Assembly (NCBI GenBank): GCA_938030745.1
Contig: CALHIP010000008.1
Location: forward strand, 2,297-66,296
Source of the DNA: an uncultured Patescibacteria group bacterium
Lineage (GTDB): Bacteria; Patescibacteriota; Patescibacteriia; UBA2591; CALHIP01
Reading direction: 5' to 3'
DNA length: 64,000 nt
Notes under the pieces: model-generated
The model's database searches: none
Seen by the model: the letters and a program-made list of their open reading frames with translations, nothing else
What the model was told of the DNA's origin: nothing
Shown here: positions 28,842-38,221 of the stretch, piece after piece
How positions within the stretch are numbered: position 1 is the stretch's first letter
Layout: every line of letters starts with the position of its first letter
Position numbers and translations under genes: made by a program

Positions 28842-29657
28842 TTATTTATAAAAAATTCGGCCACTAAATCTTAAATCAATATATTCAAGTTTTTTTCGAT
28901 CAGTAATTTTCTCTTTTAAAATTAATAGGAGATTCCTCACCTGCTCTTTAATATCTCCTTTTGGATCAAAATAAATTTTCCAATTTTCTGAAGTAAATGC
29001 TTGATAAATTAAAGCGCCATTTACTTCATTTATTTCAATCTTTAAAATTTTAAAATCAAGATTAGAAGTCTTTTTTAAAAAATCAAAGACAGATAAAATT
29101 GAAATTTCGCTTAATTCTTTCTCTACTTTATTTTCAACTATTGGTAAATTTGCTATATCTACTTCTTCTTGAGAGATCTTTTTAATAATCTCGCCATTTT
29201 TATTTAAAAGAAAATAGTCACCTAAAAATAAAAAAACTACTTCTGGCTTCCAGGCAGAAATTTTTATTTTTATTTCTCGATTAAAATTTCTTTTAATTTC
29301 AAAATTTTCTATTTTTTGATCTCTTAATAAAAGATTTTTTATTTCCTTTTTAGGGAAAAAAAATATATTATCTAAATTTAAAAAATAAAATTTTTTCGAT
29401 AAAATTTTATTAATTTCATTTTTTAATTGTTGTTCATCGATTTTAACTAATGGATAATCTTTAATTTCAAAAGAAATAAATTTGATCTTAAAAATTGGAG
29501 AAAAAAAAATCAAATAAAAAGAGCTAGCCAATAAAATTATCAAAAAAATTAGAGAAAAGATAAAAAATTTTGAAATTTTTTTCTTCTTTTCGTGTTGACG
29601 AAAAGCTATCATTCTTTTAGGAATTTGTTTTTTTTCAAAAAGAGAAATTATCCTCAT
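28842..29657 (-). CDS. ftsQ: Cell division protein FtsQ/DivIB
   Basis: TM helix then FFSPIFKIK, POTRA-like region, C-terminal LEYIDLRF; follows ddl. Start uncertain (29657 or 29612). Confidence 0.8.
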   Translation of the reverse strand: MRIISLFEKKQIPKRMIAFRQHEKKKKISKFFIFSLIFLIILLASSFYLIFFSPIFKIKFISFEIKDYPLVKIDEQQLKNEINKILSKKFYFLNLDNIFFFPKKEIKNLLLRDQKIENFEIKRNFNREIKIKISAWKPEVVFLFLGDYFLLNKNGEIIKKISQEEVDIANLPIVENKVEKELSEISILSVFDFLKKTSNLDFKILKIEINEVNGALIYQAFTSENWKIYFDPKGDIKEQVRNLLLILKEKITDRKKLEYIDLRFSGRIFYK

Positions 29658-29667
29658 TCTTTTTGAT

Positions 29668-30738
29668 TTACAAAGGTCCTTTTTTATTTTTATGTGCTTC
29701 AAGTCCTAATTGAATAATTTTATCTAAAAATTCTTCTGGTGACATCCCGACTTCGGCTGCTTGATGAAAAACCATAGTTGACGGTGTTACGCCAGGTAAA
29801 GTATTTGGCTCTAAAACAATTATTTCTCCATTTCTAACAAACATATCAATTCTTGGATAACCTTTAAGATTTAAAATTTGACAAACTTTAATAGCGGTTT
29901 CTTTAGCTTTTTTAGTTGTTTCTTCATCTAATCGAGCTGGAGTAATCATTTCTGCGCCACCAGGAAGAAATTTATCAAGCAAAGTTAAATATCCTAAATT
30001 CTGTTGCCAAGGTGTTTCAGTTAAAGGCAAAGCTTCTAATTCTTCATTACCTAAAACCGAACAAGTAATTTCTATCGCATTCTCAATATATTCATCAACT
30101 AAAATAATCCTATCCCAAATAAAAGCCTTTTTCATTGCCTCATCAAGATCTTTTTCCTCTTTAACAACAGTAATTCCTGTGCTACAACCCTCACGTGATG
30201 GTTTAACTAAACAAGGAAAGCCAATTTCCTTCTTTATCTTCTCTTTAATAATTTTAGCTGAAGAAGGGTCCATCCAATCTTTATCATAAACAGCTAGATA
30301 TTTCGGTACCTTAATTCCATGTAAAGTTAAGATTTTTCTTAAAGCATATTTATCCATTCCAAGTGCTGATGCTAATACACCTGAGCCATTGTAAGGAATA
30401 TTTAAAATCTCTAATAATCCTTGAAAACACCCATCTTCTAAATATTTACCATGACCGATAATAAAGGCAAAATCAATTAGTTCAGGTAATTTTTCATAAG
30501 GAATTTTTTCAGCTTGACCTTCAAGTAGTGCTTCAAGATCTGAAGTTGTATTTTGGATAATCAAAAAATCATTGATTCGCCACAATTTTAATTTTGAATC
30601 AACAAAAATTGGGATTTTCTCATATTTTTCTGCTGGTATTTTATAATAAACATTTCTTCCACCTTCAAGCGAAACTTCTTTTTCACTCGAAACTCCACCA
30701 AAAATAATACCAATCCTTAATTTATTCTTCTTGTCCAT
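29668..30738 (-). CDS. ddl: D-alanine--D-alanine ligase family protein (copy B, omega loop KF)
   Basis: FGGVSSEKEVSL, HGKYLEDG, GSGVLASALGMDK, KPSREGCS, RIDMF, EPNTLPG. Confidence 0.9.
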   Translation of the reverse strand: MDKKNKLRIGIIFGGVSSEKEVSLEGGRNVYYKIPAEKYEKIPIFVDSKLKLWRINDFLIIQNTTSDLEALLEGQAEKIPYEKLPELIDFAFIIGHGKYLEDGCFQGLLEILNIPYNGSGVLASALGMDKYALRKILTLHGIKVPKYLAVYDKDWMDPSSAKIIKEKIKKEIGFPCLVKPSREGCSTGITVVKEEKDLDEAMKKAFIWDRIILVDEYIENAIEITCSVLGNEELEALPLTETPWQQNLGYLTLLDKFLPGGAEMITPARLDEETTKKAKETAIKVCQILNLKGYPRIDMFVRNGEIIVLEPNTLPGVTPSTMVFHQAAEVGMSPEEFLDKIIQLGLEAHKNKKGPL

Positions 30739-30897
30739 AGTTTTTAATTATAATAAATTTTTATAAAAATGTTAAGTTGATTCTTAAAATAAAAAAAATT
30801 TTTTAAGATAATAAAACTTTTTCTCATTTCTGATGAGTTCTTTTTTAGATCTCAGTCCATTTGAAATCGTCTTGACTACTCATTAGTTCTTCTTCTC

Positions 30898-31140
30898 TTA
30901 TTTAACCCAGTCAGCTCCTAATTTTCTCATTTTCTGGCAGATGTCTTTTATCTCCCTTTCTAGTGAGAGTAACTCATTTCTCTGATTCTCACAAAGCTGA
31001 CCGCCGAGGGACTCTTTTTTTGCTTCCATCTCAGCCAATTTGTTTAAAATTTCGATTCGTCTTTTATCAATTTCTGTCAGTGTTTCTATTCTTTCTCTTT
31101 CGGGCTGAGATAGAAATTGTTCTTGGCCCCTCTCTTTCAT
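30898..31140 (-). CDS. Small charged coiled-coil hypothetical protein
   Basis: 80-aa ORF with its own TTGACT-17-TATAAT promoter (31220-31192). Confidence 0.6.
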   Translation of the reverse strand: MKERGQEQFLSQPERERIETLTEIDKRRIEILNKLAEMEAKKESLGGQLCENQRNELLSLEREIKDICQKMRKLGADWVK

Positions 31141-31146
31141 AAATAT

Positions 31147-31165
31147 TGTGTTAATACATTAATAC
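31147..31165. repeat. 19-bp intergenic repeat, copy 2
   Basis: TGTGTTAATACATTAATAC, 6 nt from the ATG of the 80-aa ORF. Confidence 0.7.
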
Positions 31166-31239
31166 GAAAATTGATTTATTTTTCATTTTTTATTATATCT
31201 TATTTAAATAATTTAGTCAAGAGACCCAAAATAATAATT

Positions 31240-32307
31240 TTAGAGTGGCCCTTTTTTATTCTGATGAGCTTGGAAAGCTAATTCAATAATTTTTGTTAAA
31301 AAATCTGTTAAGCTTAAACCAGCTAAAGCAGCCTGGTGATAAGTCCAAGATGATGGTCCCATACCAGTTGAAGCAGCGGAATTTGGATCAGTTATTAATA
31401 CCTTACCATCCTCTTCAATAAAACCATCAATTCTGGCATAACCTCGGCAACCTAAAGCTAAATATGTCCTTCTCGCCTGCTCCTGAATCTCTTTAATTAT
31501 TTTTTCATCAATTTTTATTGGCGTGATTTTTTTTGAAGCTCCGGGTAGATATTTGTGGTCATAGGTAAAGATTTCTGAATCATAAATTGTTTCTGTTGGT
31601 AAAAAAGCGACTGGATCCTCGTTACCAAAAACAACACAGGAAAATTCACGACCTTTAATTCTTTCTTCAATTAAAACTTCATTATCATATTCTAAAGCAT
31701 AATTTATTCCTTTTTCTAAATCTTTTTCATCTTTAACTAACATTACACCAATAGTTGAACCTTCACGAGTTGGTTTAGTAACAATTGGATAAGAAAATTT
31801 TTCTTTAATTGTTTTTTTTATCGCCTCTTTATTTTTCTCCCAATCACTTCTTTTAATCACTAAATATTCTGGTAAATTTATCCTACCATCTGCTTTCATC
31901 AACTCTCTTTGCATTTTTTTATCTAAACCTAAAGCAGCTGAAAGAACGCCCGAACCAGTATAAGGAATATTCAATATTTCTAAAACTCCTTGAAGACAAC
32001 CATCATCACCATATTTGCCATGAGTAACTAAAAAAGCTAAATCAATTAAATCTTTTAATTCTTCAATAAAAATTCTTTTTGCTCCTTTTATTTGTAAATT
32101 TTCTTCAATCTCTTTGCAAGTGTTGCGAATAATTAAACCTTCTGGAATTTGCCAGAATCTTAATTGAGAATCCCAGAAAATGGCAATTGGAATAAATTTT
32201 GTCCGATCTAAATGTTGATAAACATGCCGACCACCAGCTAAAGAAACTTCTTTTTCTGATGATTTTCCACCAAAAATTACACCAATTCTAAATTTCTTAT
32301 TTTCCAT
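31240..32307 (-). CDS. ddl: D-alanine--D-alanine ligase family protein (copy A, omega loop KY)
   Basis: FGGKSSEKEVSL, HGKYGDDG, GSGVLSAALGLDK, KPTREGST, ARIDGF; EVNTLPG replaced by DPNSAASTG. Confidence 0.88.
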   Translation of the reverse strand: MENKKFRIGVIFGGKSSEKEVSLAGGRHVYQHLDRTKFIPIAIFWDSQLRFWQIPEGLIIRNTCKEIEENLQIKGAKRIFIEELKDLIDLAFLVTHGKYGDDGCLQGVLEILNIPYTGSGVLSAALGLDKKMQRELMKADGRINLPEYLVIKRSDWEKNKEAIKKTIKEKFSYPIVTKPTREGSTIGVMLVKDEKDLEKGINYALEYDNEVLIEERIKGREFSCVVFGNEDPVAFLPTETIYDSEIFTYDHKYLPGASKKITPIKIDEKIIKEIQEQARRTYLALGCRGYARIDGFIEEDGKVLITDPNSAASTGMGPSSWTYHQAALAGLSLTDFLTKIIELAFQAHQNKKGPL

Positions 32308-32372
32308 ATATTTTTAAAAAAATTCTCCTATACTATTTTACGCGGCCGCTTTAAATAGTTTAGTTAGGATTT

Positions 32373-33563
32373 TTATTTATAGATTCTTGGTAAAAGTGGA
32401 TTAATTCGGGTTACTATTTCATAATTGATTGTTCCAATTTTTTCAGCCAGTTCTTCAGCGGTAATTTCTTCATTACCTTGTTTGCCGATTAAGACTACTT
32501 CATCTCCAATTTTAACATTAGGAATTTTTGTTACTTCAACCATTATTAAATTCATACAAACCCGACCACGAATTTGAGCTCGCCTTCCCCGAATTAAGAC
32601 CTGACCTTTATTTGATAATTTTCGATCATAACCATCCCAATAACCTACTGGCAAAACTGCAATTTTTGTTTTTCTTCTACAGCGATAAGTACAACCATAA
32701 CCAATAGGTGTTCCTGCTGATAATTCCTTAACTTGAATCACTTTTGTCTTCCAACTTAAGGCGGGTTTTAATTTTAATCTTATACCTTGTTTTTTTTCTA
32801 ATCCCTTGCTTGTTAGAGCTCCCTTCCAACCAAAAAGATCAGAAGCTAATTTTCGAGTTTCAGCTGATGGCCATAAACCATAAAGCCCGATTCCAATTCG
32901 AACTAAATTAAAATAAGTGGCAGGATTTCCAATAGTTGAAGCGGTACAACCAGCATGAATTAAGTCAAAAAAAGAGTCAAGACCAATTTTTTTGTTAATT
33001 TCTTCCACCACCCTCTTTAATCTTTCAGTCTGTAAAAGCGTATATTTTTGATTATAAGCCTCTGCATTGGCAAAATGGGTAAAGATACCTTTGAAGGTCA
33101 AACCAGGCAATTTAAGGCATTTTAAAACAAAATTTAAGCTATCTTTCGGTAAAACTCCAATCCTTGAGGTGCCAGTATCAATTTTTATATGAATTTTTGC
33201 CTCTTTACCTATTTTTTGGCTTAATTTCGACAAAATTTTTGCCTGTGGATAAGTATAAACAGCAAATTCTATTTCCTGACGAAGGGCTTGAATTTGACTC
33301 TTAATATCTTTAAGATCCCAATAAGTTAAAACAAGGATAGGTTTTTTAATACTTATTTTTCTTAAGATTAAAGCTTCATCTAAATAAGCTACTCCAAAAT
33401 AATCAATATATTCTTTAATAATTTTTGCTACACCAACTAATCCGTGACCATAAGCATTTGACTTAACGACTGCCATTAATTTTATTTTCGGCCCAACAAT
33501 TTTTTTGAATTCTTTCAAATTATTAATTAATGCTGATTTAGAAATTTCTACCCAAGTCAACAT
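32373..33563 (-). CDS. alr: Alanine racemase
   Basis: MAVVKSNAYGHG, HIKIDTG, VRIGIGLYG, GYGCTY, GRVCMN, GTINYEI. Start moved to ATG 33563. Confidence 0.95.
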   Translation of the reverse strand: MLTWVEISKSALINNLKEFKKIVGPKIKLMAVVKSNAYGHGLVGVAKIIKEYIDYFGVAYLDEALILRKISIKKPILVLTYWDLKDIKSQIQALRQEIEFAVYTYPQAKILSKLSQKIGKEAKIHIKIDTGTSRIGVLPKDSLNFVLKCLKLPGLTFKGIFTHFANAEAYNQKYTLLQTERLKRVVEEINKKIGLDSFFDLIHAGCTASTIGNPATYFNLVRIGIGLYGLWPSAETRKLASDLFGWKGALTSKGLEKKQGIRLKLKPALSWKTKVIQVKELSAGTPIGYGCTYRCRRKTKIAVLPVGYWDGYDRKLSNKGQVLIRGRRAQIRGRVCMNLIMVEVTKIPNVKIGDEVVLIGKQGNEEITAEELAEKIGTINYEIVTRINPLLPRIYK

Positions 33564-33568
33564 AATAA

Positions 33569-34813
33569 TCAAAATTGATTGATAATTTCTGGCCATTTAA
33601 AAGTTTTATCTTTTTCTTGATAATTTTCAATGATAGCAATTATTGTTCTTGGCATAGCTAAAGCTGTTGCATTTAAAGTATGGACAAAAATATTTTTGTT
33701 ATCTTTGTTTTTATATCTAATTTTTAATCGCCTTGCCTGGAAATCAGTACAATTCGAAGATGAAGCAATTTCACGATATCTTTTTTGAGAAGGAAACCAC
33801 GCTTCAATATCATATGTTGCTGCTGAAGGATAACTTAAGTCACCAGTACAAATTTGAATTACTCGATAGGGCAGGCCCAATTTTTTTACTAATTCCTCTT
33901 CAAGAGCAATAAGAAGTTGATGTTCTTTTTGCGAATCTTCAGGTTTAGTAAAAGAAACCATCTCTACTTTCTCAAATTGATGGACTCGAAAAATTCCTTT
34001 GACATCTTTACCATAAGAACCTGCTTCACGCCGAAACGAGGAACAAGGAAAACCAACATAACGAATTGGCAAATCTTCTTCTTTTAAAATTTCGTTAGCA
34101 TGCATAGCAATTAAAGATTGCTCAGCTGTGCCAATCAAATATAATTTATCTTTTTCTATAAAATAAGTTTCATCTGGTGCCTGATCTAAATAACCCATTC
34201 CTCTCATTATTTCTGGTTTCAACATCAATGGAGGAACAACTGCTATAAATGGCTTATTACTAATTGCTAATTGTTTTTCTTTTATTATTTTTTTTATATT
34301 TTCTTCATTAGTTAGAAAATTAACAGCAAAATTAATAAGTTTTAATTCAAGTAAGGCTACCTTATCTTTTAAATAATAAAAACGGGAGCCAGCAACTTTT
34401 GCTCCGCGTTCGGTATCAATTAAATCACCAACAATTTCTAAATATTCTTTAAAATCACCTTCTGGTATTTTTCCAACTCTTTTTATTTCAACATTCCCTT
34501 TTTCATCTGGATAAACTGGAACATCAGGAAGGGGAATATTCGGAATTTTAAAAATGAGGTTTTGAAAATCTTCTTCTACTTTGTCTAATTCTTTTTCTAA
34601 TTTTTTTATTTCTTCTTTTTTTAATCTTAATTCTTCAATCGGCAAATTTTTATTTAATTTTTTTTCTCTTCTTAATTTTTCTATTTTTTTAATTAATTCT
34701 CTCCTTTTTTGATCTAATTTTAATAATTTATCGAAATCAATTTTAACTCCTCGATTTTGACAAGCAGTTTTTATTTTCTGAAGATTTTGACGGATAAATT
34801 TAATATCAATCAT
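33569..34813 (-). CDS. serS: Serine--tRNA ligase
   Basis: MIDIKFIR, LIGTAEQ, FRREAG, FRVHQFEKVE, SSSNCTDFQARR, HTLNATALA. Confidence 0.97.
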   Translation of the reverse strand: MIDIKFIRQNLQKIKTACQNRGVKIDFDKLLKLDQKRRELIKKIEKLRREKKLNKNLPIEELRLKKEEIKKLEKELDKVEEDFQNLIFKIPNIPLPDVPVYPDEKGNVEIKRVGKIPEGDFKEYLEIVGDLIDTERGAKVAGSRFYYLKDKVALLELKLINFAVNFLTNEENIKKIIKEKQLAISNKPFIAVVPPLMLKPEIMRGMGYLDQAPDETYFIEKDKLYLIGTAEQSLIAMHANEILKEEDLPIRYVGFPCSSFRREAGSYGKDVKGIFRVHQFEKVEMVSFTKPEDSQKEHQLLIALEEELVKKLGLPYRVIQICTGDLSYPSAATYDIEAWFPSQKRYREIASSSNCTDFQARRLKIRYKNKDNKNIFVHTLNATALAMPRTIIAIIENYQEKDKTFKWPEIINQF

Positions 34814-36263
34814 ATTTTGGCTTAAGAGTTGGAAATAAAATTACCTCTTTAATATTTTTTGAATTGGTTAAAATCATTACCAATCGATCCAGACCAATAC
34901 CACAACCAGCTGTTGGCGGCATACCATATTTTAACGCTTCAATAAAATCTTTATCATACATTTGTGCTTCTTCATCGCCTCTTTCTTTTAATTTCAATTG
35001 TTCTTTAAATCTTTCTTCTTGATCTAAAGGATTGTTTAATTCTGAATAACCATTACAAAGTTCTAATTTACCAACTAAAAGTTGAAATCGTTCAACATAA
35101 TTTGGATCATCTGGTGTTCTTTTTGCTAAAGGTGAAAGTTCAACTGGATAATTAATAATAAAAGTTGGGTCTTTAATCTTTGTTCTGACACACTCTTTAA
35201 AAATTTCATCAACAATTTTTTGCCAAGACCAATTTTTCTCTACTTTCAATCCTAATTTTTTTGCCTCTTGATAAATCTTTTTTTGTTCTTTCAATTCTTC
35301 TAAATTAAGACCAGTAAATTCTTTAATTGCTAAAACAAATTTTTTTCTTTGATAAGGAGGTTTAAAATTTATCTTCTCGTTCCTAAATTTTACTTCAAAT
35401 TGTAATTTTAATTTTTCAAAAAGATAAAGAAAAAGTTTTTCTATTAAATTCATTAAATCGTTATAATCGGCATAAGCCTGATAAAATTCAATTTGAGTAA
35501 ACTCTGGGTTATGCATCCAATCAATCCCCTCATTTCTAAAACATTTAGTAATTTCAAAAACCTTTTCAAAGCCACCAACAATTAATCTTTTTAAATAGAG
35601 TTCAGGAGCAATTGAAAGATAAAGATTTATATCTAAAGCATCATGATAAGTAATAAATGGTTTTGCTATTGCTCCGCCAGCAATTGGTTGTAAAATTGGT
35701 GTCTCGACCTCGATAAAATTTTGTTCAATAAAAAATTGACGAACTGTTTTTATAATTTGAAATCTTTTTTTAAAAACTTCTTTAGTTTCTTGATTAGCAA
35801 TTAAATCTAAATATCTTTTTCGATAACGAATCTCAATATCTTCTAAACCATGCCATTTTTCTGGTAGAGGCAAAAGGGATTTGGCAATAATTCGAAAATT
35901 ATTTAAAACTAATGTTTTTTCTCCTGTTTTTGTTTTCATTAAATTGCCCCTGACCTCAAGAAAATCGCCAATATCAATCAATTCTAAGAAAATTTTATAT
36001 TTTTTCTTACCTAATAAGTCTTCTTTTAAGTAAATTTGAAAATCTCCACTTTCATCAGATAAATTGGCAAAAGTAGCTTTACCATGTTCACGAATACTTT
36101 TTATTCTTCCAACTAAACATATTTCTGAATCTTTCAAATCATTGAATTTATCCTTCACTTCCTGGCAGGTATGAGTTCGAAAAACTCTAGCTGGATAAGG
36201 ATCAATTCCTAAGTTTTCTAATTTTTTCAGTTTTTCTCTTCTTATTTTCTCTAAATCAGTCAT
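34806..36263 (-). CDS. lysS: Lysine--tRNA ligase (class II)
   Basis: PLPEKWHGL, YRKRYLDL, APELYLKRL, FRNEGID, YGMPPTAGCGIGLDRL. Confidence 0.97.
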   Translation of the reverse strand: MTDLEKIRREKLKKLENLGIDPYPARVFRTHTCQEVKDKFNDLKDSEICLVGRIKSIREHGKATFANLSDESGDFQIYLKEDLLGKKKYKIFLELIDIGDFLEVRGNLMKTKTGEKTLVLNNFRIIAKSLLPLPEKWHGLEDIEIRYRKRYLDLIANQETKEVFKKRFQIIKTVRQFFIEQNFIEVETPILQPIAGGAIAKPFITYHDALDINLYLSIAPELYLKRLIVGGFEKVFEITKCFRNEGIDWMHNPEFTQIEFYQAYADYNDLMNLIEKLFLYLFEKLKLQFEVKFRNEKINFKPPYQRKKFVLAIKEFTGLNLEELKEQKKIYQEAKKLGLKVEKNWSWQKIVDEIFKECVRTKIKDPTFIINYPVELSPLAKRTPDDPNYVERFQLLVGKLELCNGYSELNNPLDQEERFKEQLKLKERGDEEAQMYDKDFIEALKYGMPPTAGCGIGLDRLVMILTNSKNIKEVILFPTLKPKYD

Positions 36264-36285
36264 AAATTATATTATAATAACAAAA

Positions 36286-36741
36286 TTATAAAATATCAAT
36301 AATCTTAAATCTCTTCTTACCAGCTGGCGTCTGGATTTCTCCAACTTCTCCTTTCTTCTTTCCTAAAAGTGATTTGCCTAATGGCGAAGCAATAGAAATT
36401 TTTCCTTCTGAAGGAGAAGAACTTTCAGAACTAACTAAGGTTATTTTCATCTTTTCTTTATCAATCTCAATTAAAACTTTAGAACCAATTGAAATTGTCT
36501 TTTCCTCTTCTTTTTTTGGTTTAACTACAACAGCTATTCTTAAAAGATTTTCCAATCGTCTAATTTCTGCTTCTATTAAACCTTGTTCTTCTTTAGTTGA
36601 AACATATTCAGCATTTTCTGCTAAATCACCGTATTCTTGAGCAGCAGCAATTCTTTGAGCAATTTCTGGTCTTTTTATTTTTTTTAAATAATCTAATCTT
36701 TCTTTTATTTTTTTGTATTCTTCTTCAGTGAGATATTGCAT
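36286..36741 (-). CDS. greA: Transcription elongation factor GreA
   Basis: YLTEEEY, GDLAENAEY, ISIASPLGKSLLGK. Start moved to ATG 36741. Confidence 0.95.
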   Translation of the reverse strand: MQYLTEEEYKKIKERLDYLKKIKRPEIAQRIAAAQEYGDLAENAEYVSTKEEQGLIEAEIRRLENLLRIAVVVKPKKEEEKTISIGSKVLIEIDKEKMKITLVSSESSSPSEGKISIASPLGKSLLGKKKGEVGEIQTPAGKKRFKIIDIL

Positions 36742-36866
36742 AGGAAAATAAAAAAGATAGCCCTGTTTACTTATTTTCAACAGGTTAAAATTAAATCTGA
36801 ATTGATTATTTTATTATACCAAAAATCTTAAGACAAGATATCCACAGGTATGATATAATATATAAA

Positions 36867-37811
36867 ATGTTAAAACTTATTAATCAAAATTTGCGAATTA
36901 TATTTATTGGCACACCAGAATTTGCAGCAATTATATTAGAAAAATTGATTAAATCTGGTTATTTCCCTATAGCAGTAGTCACTGGACCAGATAAACCATC
37001 AGGCCGCAAACAGATTCTTGTTCCTTCGCCTGTTAAAGTTTTAGCAGAGAAAAATAAAATTCCAATTTTTCAACCAGAAAAAATTATAAATTTAAAATCA
37101 GAGATTAAAAATTTAGATCCAGATTTAATAATATTAGCGGCTTATGGTCAGATCATTCCAAAAGATATTTTAGATATTCCTCGATATGGTGCTTTAAATA
37201 TTCATCCTTCACTTTTACCAAAATATCGAGGTCCTTCACCGATTCAAACTACAATTTTAAATGGTGATAGCAAAACAGGAGTAACAATTATTTTAATGGA
37301 TGAAAAAATAGATCACGGACCTATTCTTGGCCAGAAAAAAATAATTATAAATAAAATAGATTCAGTTGAACTGACAAAAATTTTAGCAGAACTTGGTGGT
37401 GATTTACTGATAGAAATATTGCCTAAATATTTAAAAGGAGAAATTAAGCCAAAACCTCAAAATCATTCTCAAGCAACTTATACAAAATTTATTAAAAAAG
37501 AAGATGGAAGAATCAATTGGCAAAAATCAGCAGAGGAAATAGAAAGAATGATCAGAGCTTATTATCCATGGCCATCTGTTTTTACTAAAATAAAAAATAA
37601 AATATTAAAAATATTTAAAGTAAAAATTTTAAAGATAAATCATAAAAAAGAACCAGGAACAGTTTTTTTGACAGAAAAAAAAGAATTAGCTGTTGCCTGT
37701 GGTCAGGATGCTTTAGTTTTAGAAGAAGTCCAATTTGAGGGTAAAAAACGAATAACTGCTCAAGAATTTATTAACGGTTATCCATGGATTATTAATTTTA
37801 TTCTGAAATAA
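36867..37811 (+). CDS. fmt: Methionyl-tRNA formyltransferase
   Basis: FIGTPEFA, PDKPSGR, AAYGQI, NIHPSLLPKYRGPSP, DHGPI. Confidence 0.96.
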   Translation: MLKLINQNLRIIFIGTPEFAAIILEKLIKSGYFPIAVVTGPDKPSGRKQILVPSPVKVLAEKNKIPIFQPEKIINLKSEIKNLDPDLIILAAYGQIIPKDILDIPRYGALNIHPSLLPKYRGPSPIQTTILNGDSKTGVTIILMDEKIDHGPILGQKKIIINKIDSVELTKILAELGGDLLIEILPKYLKGEIKPKPQNHSQATYTKFIKKEDGRINWQKSAEEIERMIRAYYPWPSVFTKIKNKILKIFKVKILKINHKKEPGTVFLTEKKELAVACGQDALVLEEVQFEGKKRITAQEFINGYPWIINFILK

Positions 37812-37882
37812 AAATTTTTAGAATAAAAAATTTTTAAGTTTTATAAACTATTTATGAAATTTCTGATTTAACCTTTCTAGAT

Positions 37883-38098
37883 TTACGATCCTTGTCTCTT
37901 TCTTCTAAATATTTCTCTTCTTTTTCTCATACAATCACGGCAATAAATCTTATCTAGCCTTGTTGGATCAGGAACAAAAGGTAATTCTTTAATTTCTGCT
38001 CCACACTCACAACATTTAATGTTTAAATCTGAGACATCAAACATCTTTCGTGGCCGAAAACCTCGACGAGTAAAATTTTCATTTCGTTGATGAGCCAT
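37883..38098 (-). CDS. Small zinc-ribbon protein (CxxC-x17-CxxC-like family)
   Basis: RKMF...KCCECG...LPFVPD...IYCRDC with Arg-rich ends. Confidence 0.8.
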   Translation of the reverse strand: MAHQRNENFTRRGFRPRKMFDVSDLNIKCCECGAEIKELPFVPDPTRLDKIYCRDCMRKRREIFRRKRQGS

Positions 38099-38108
38099 AA
38101 ATTAGGCC

Positions 38109-38174
38109 TTTTGGAGACCTAATTTACGGCTTTTAATTTTAGTAATTAAAGTCGTAATTTTAGGTTCTCCAAAA
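38109..38174. repeat. 66-nt imperfect hairpin in the 5' UTR of the zinc-ribbon gene
   Basis: TTTTGGAGACCTAATTTACGGCTTTTAATT pairs with AATTAAAGTCGTAATTTTAGGTTCTCCAAAA. Confidence 0.85.
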
Positions 38175-38221
38175 ATTTTTAATATATTTAAAAACTCGAC
38201 CATTTCCTAGATTATATCATA

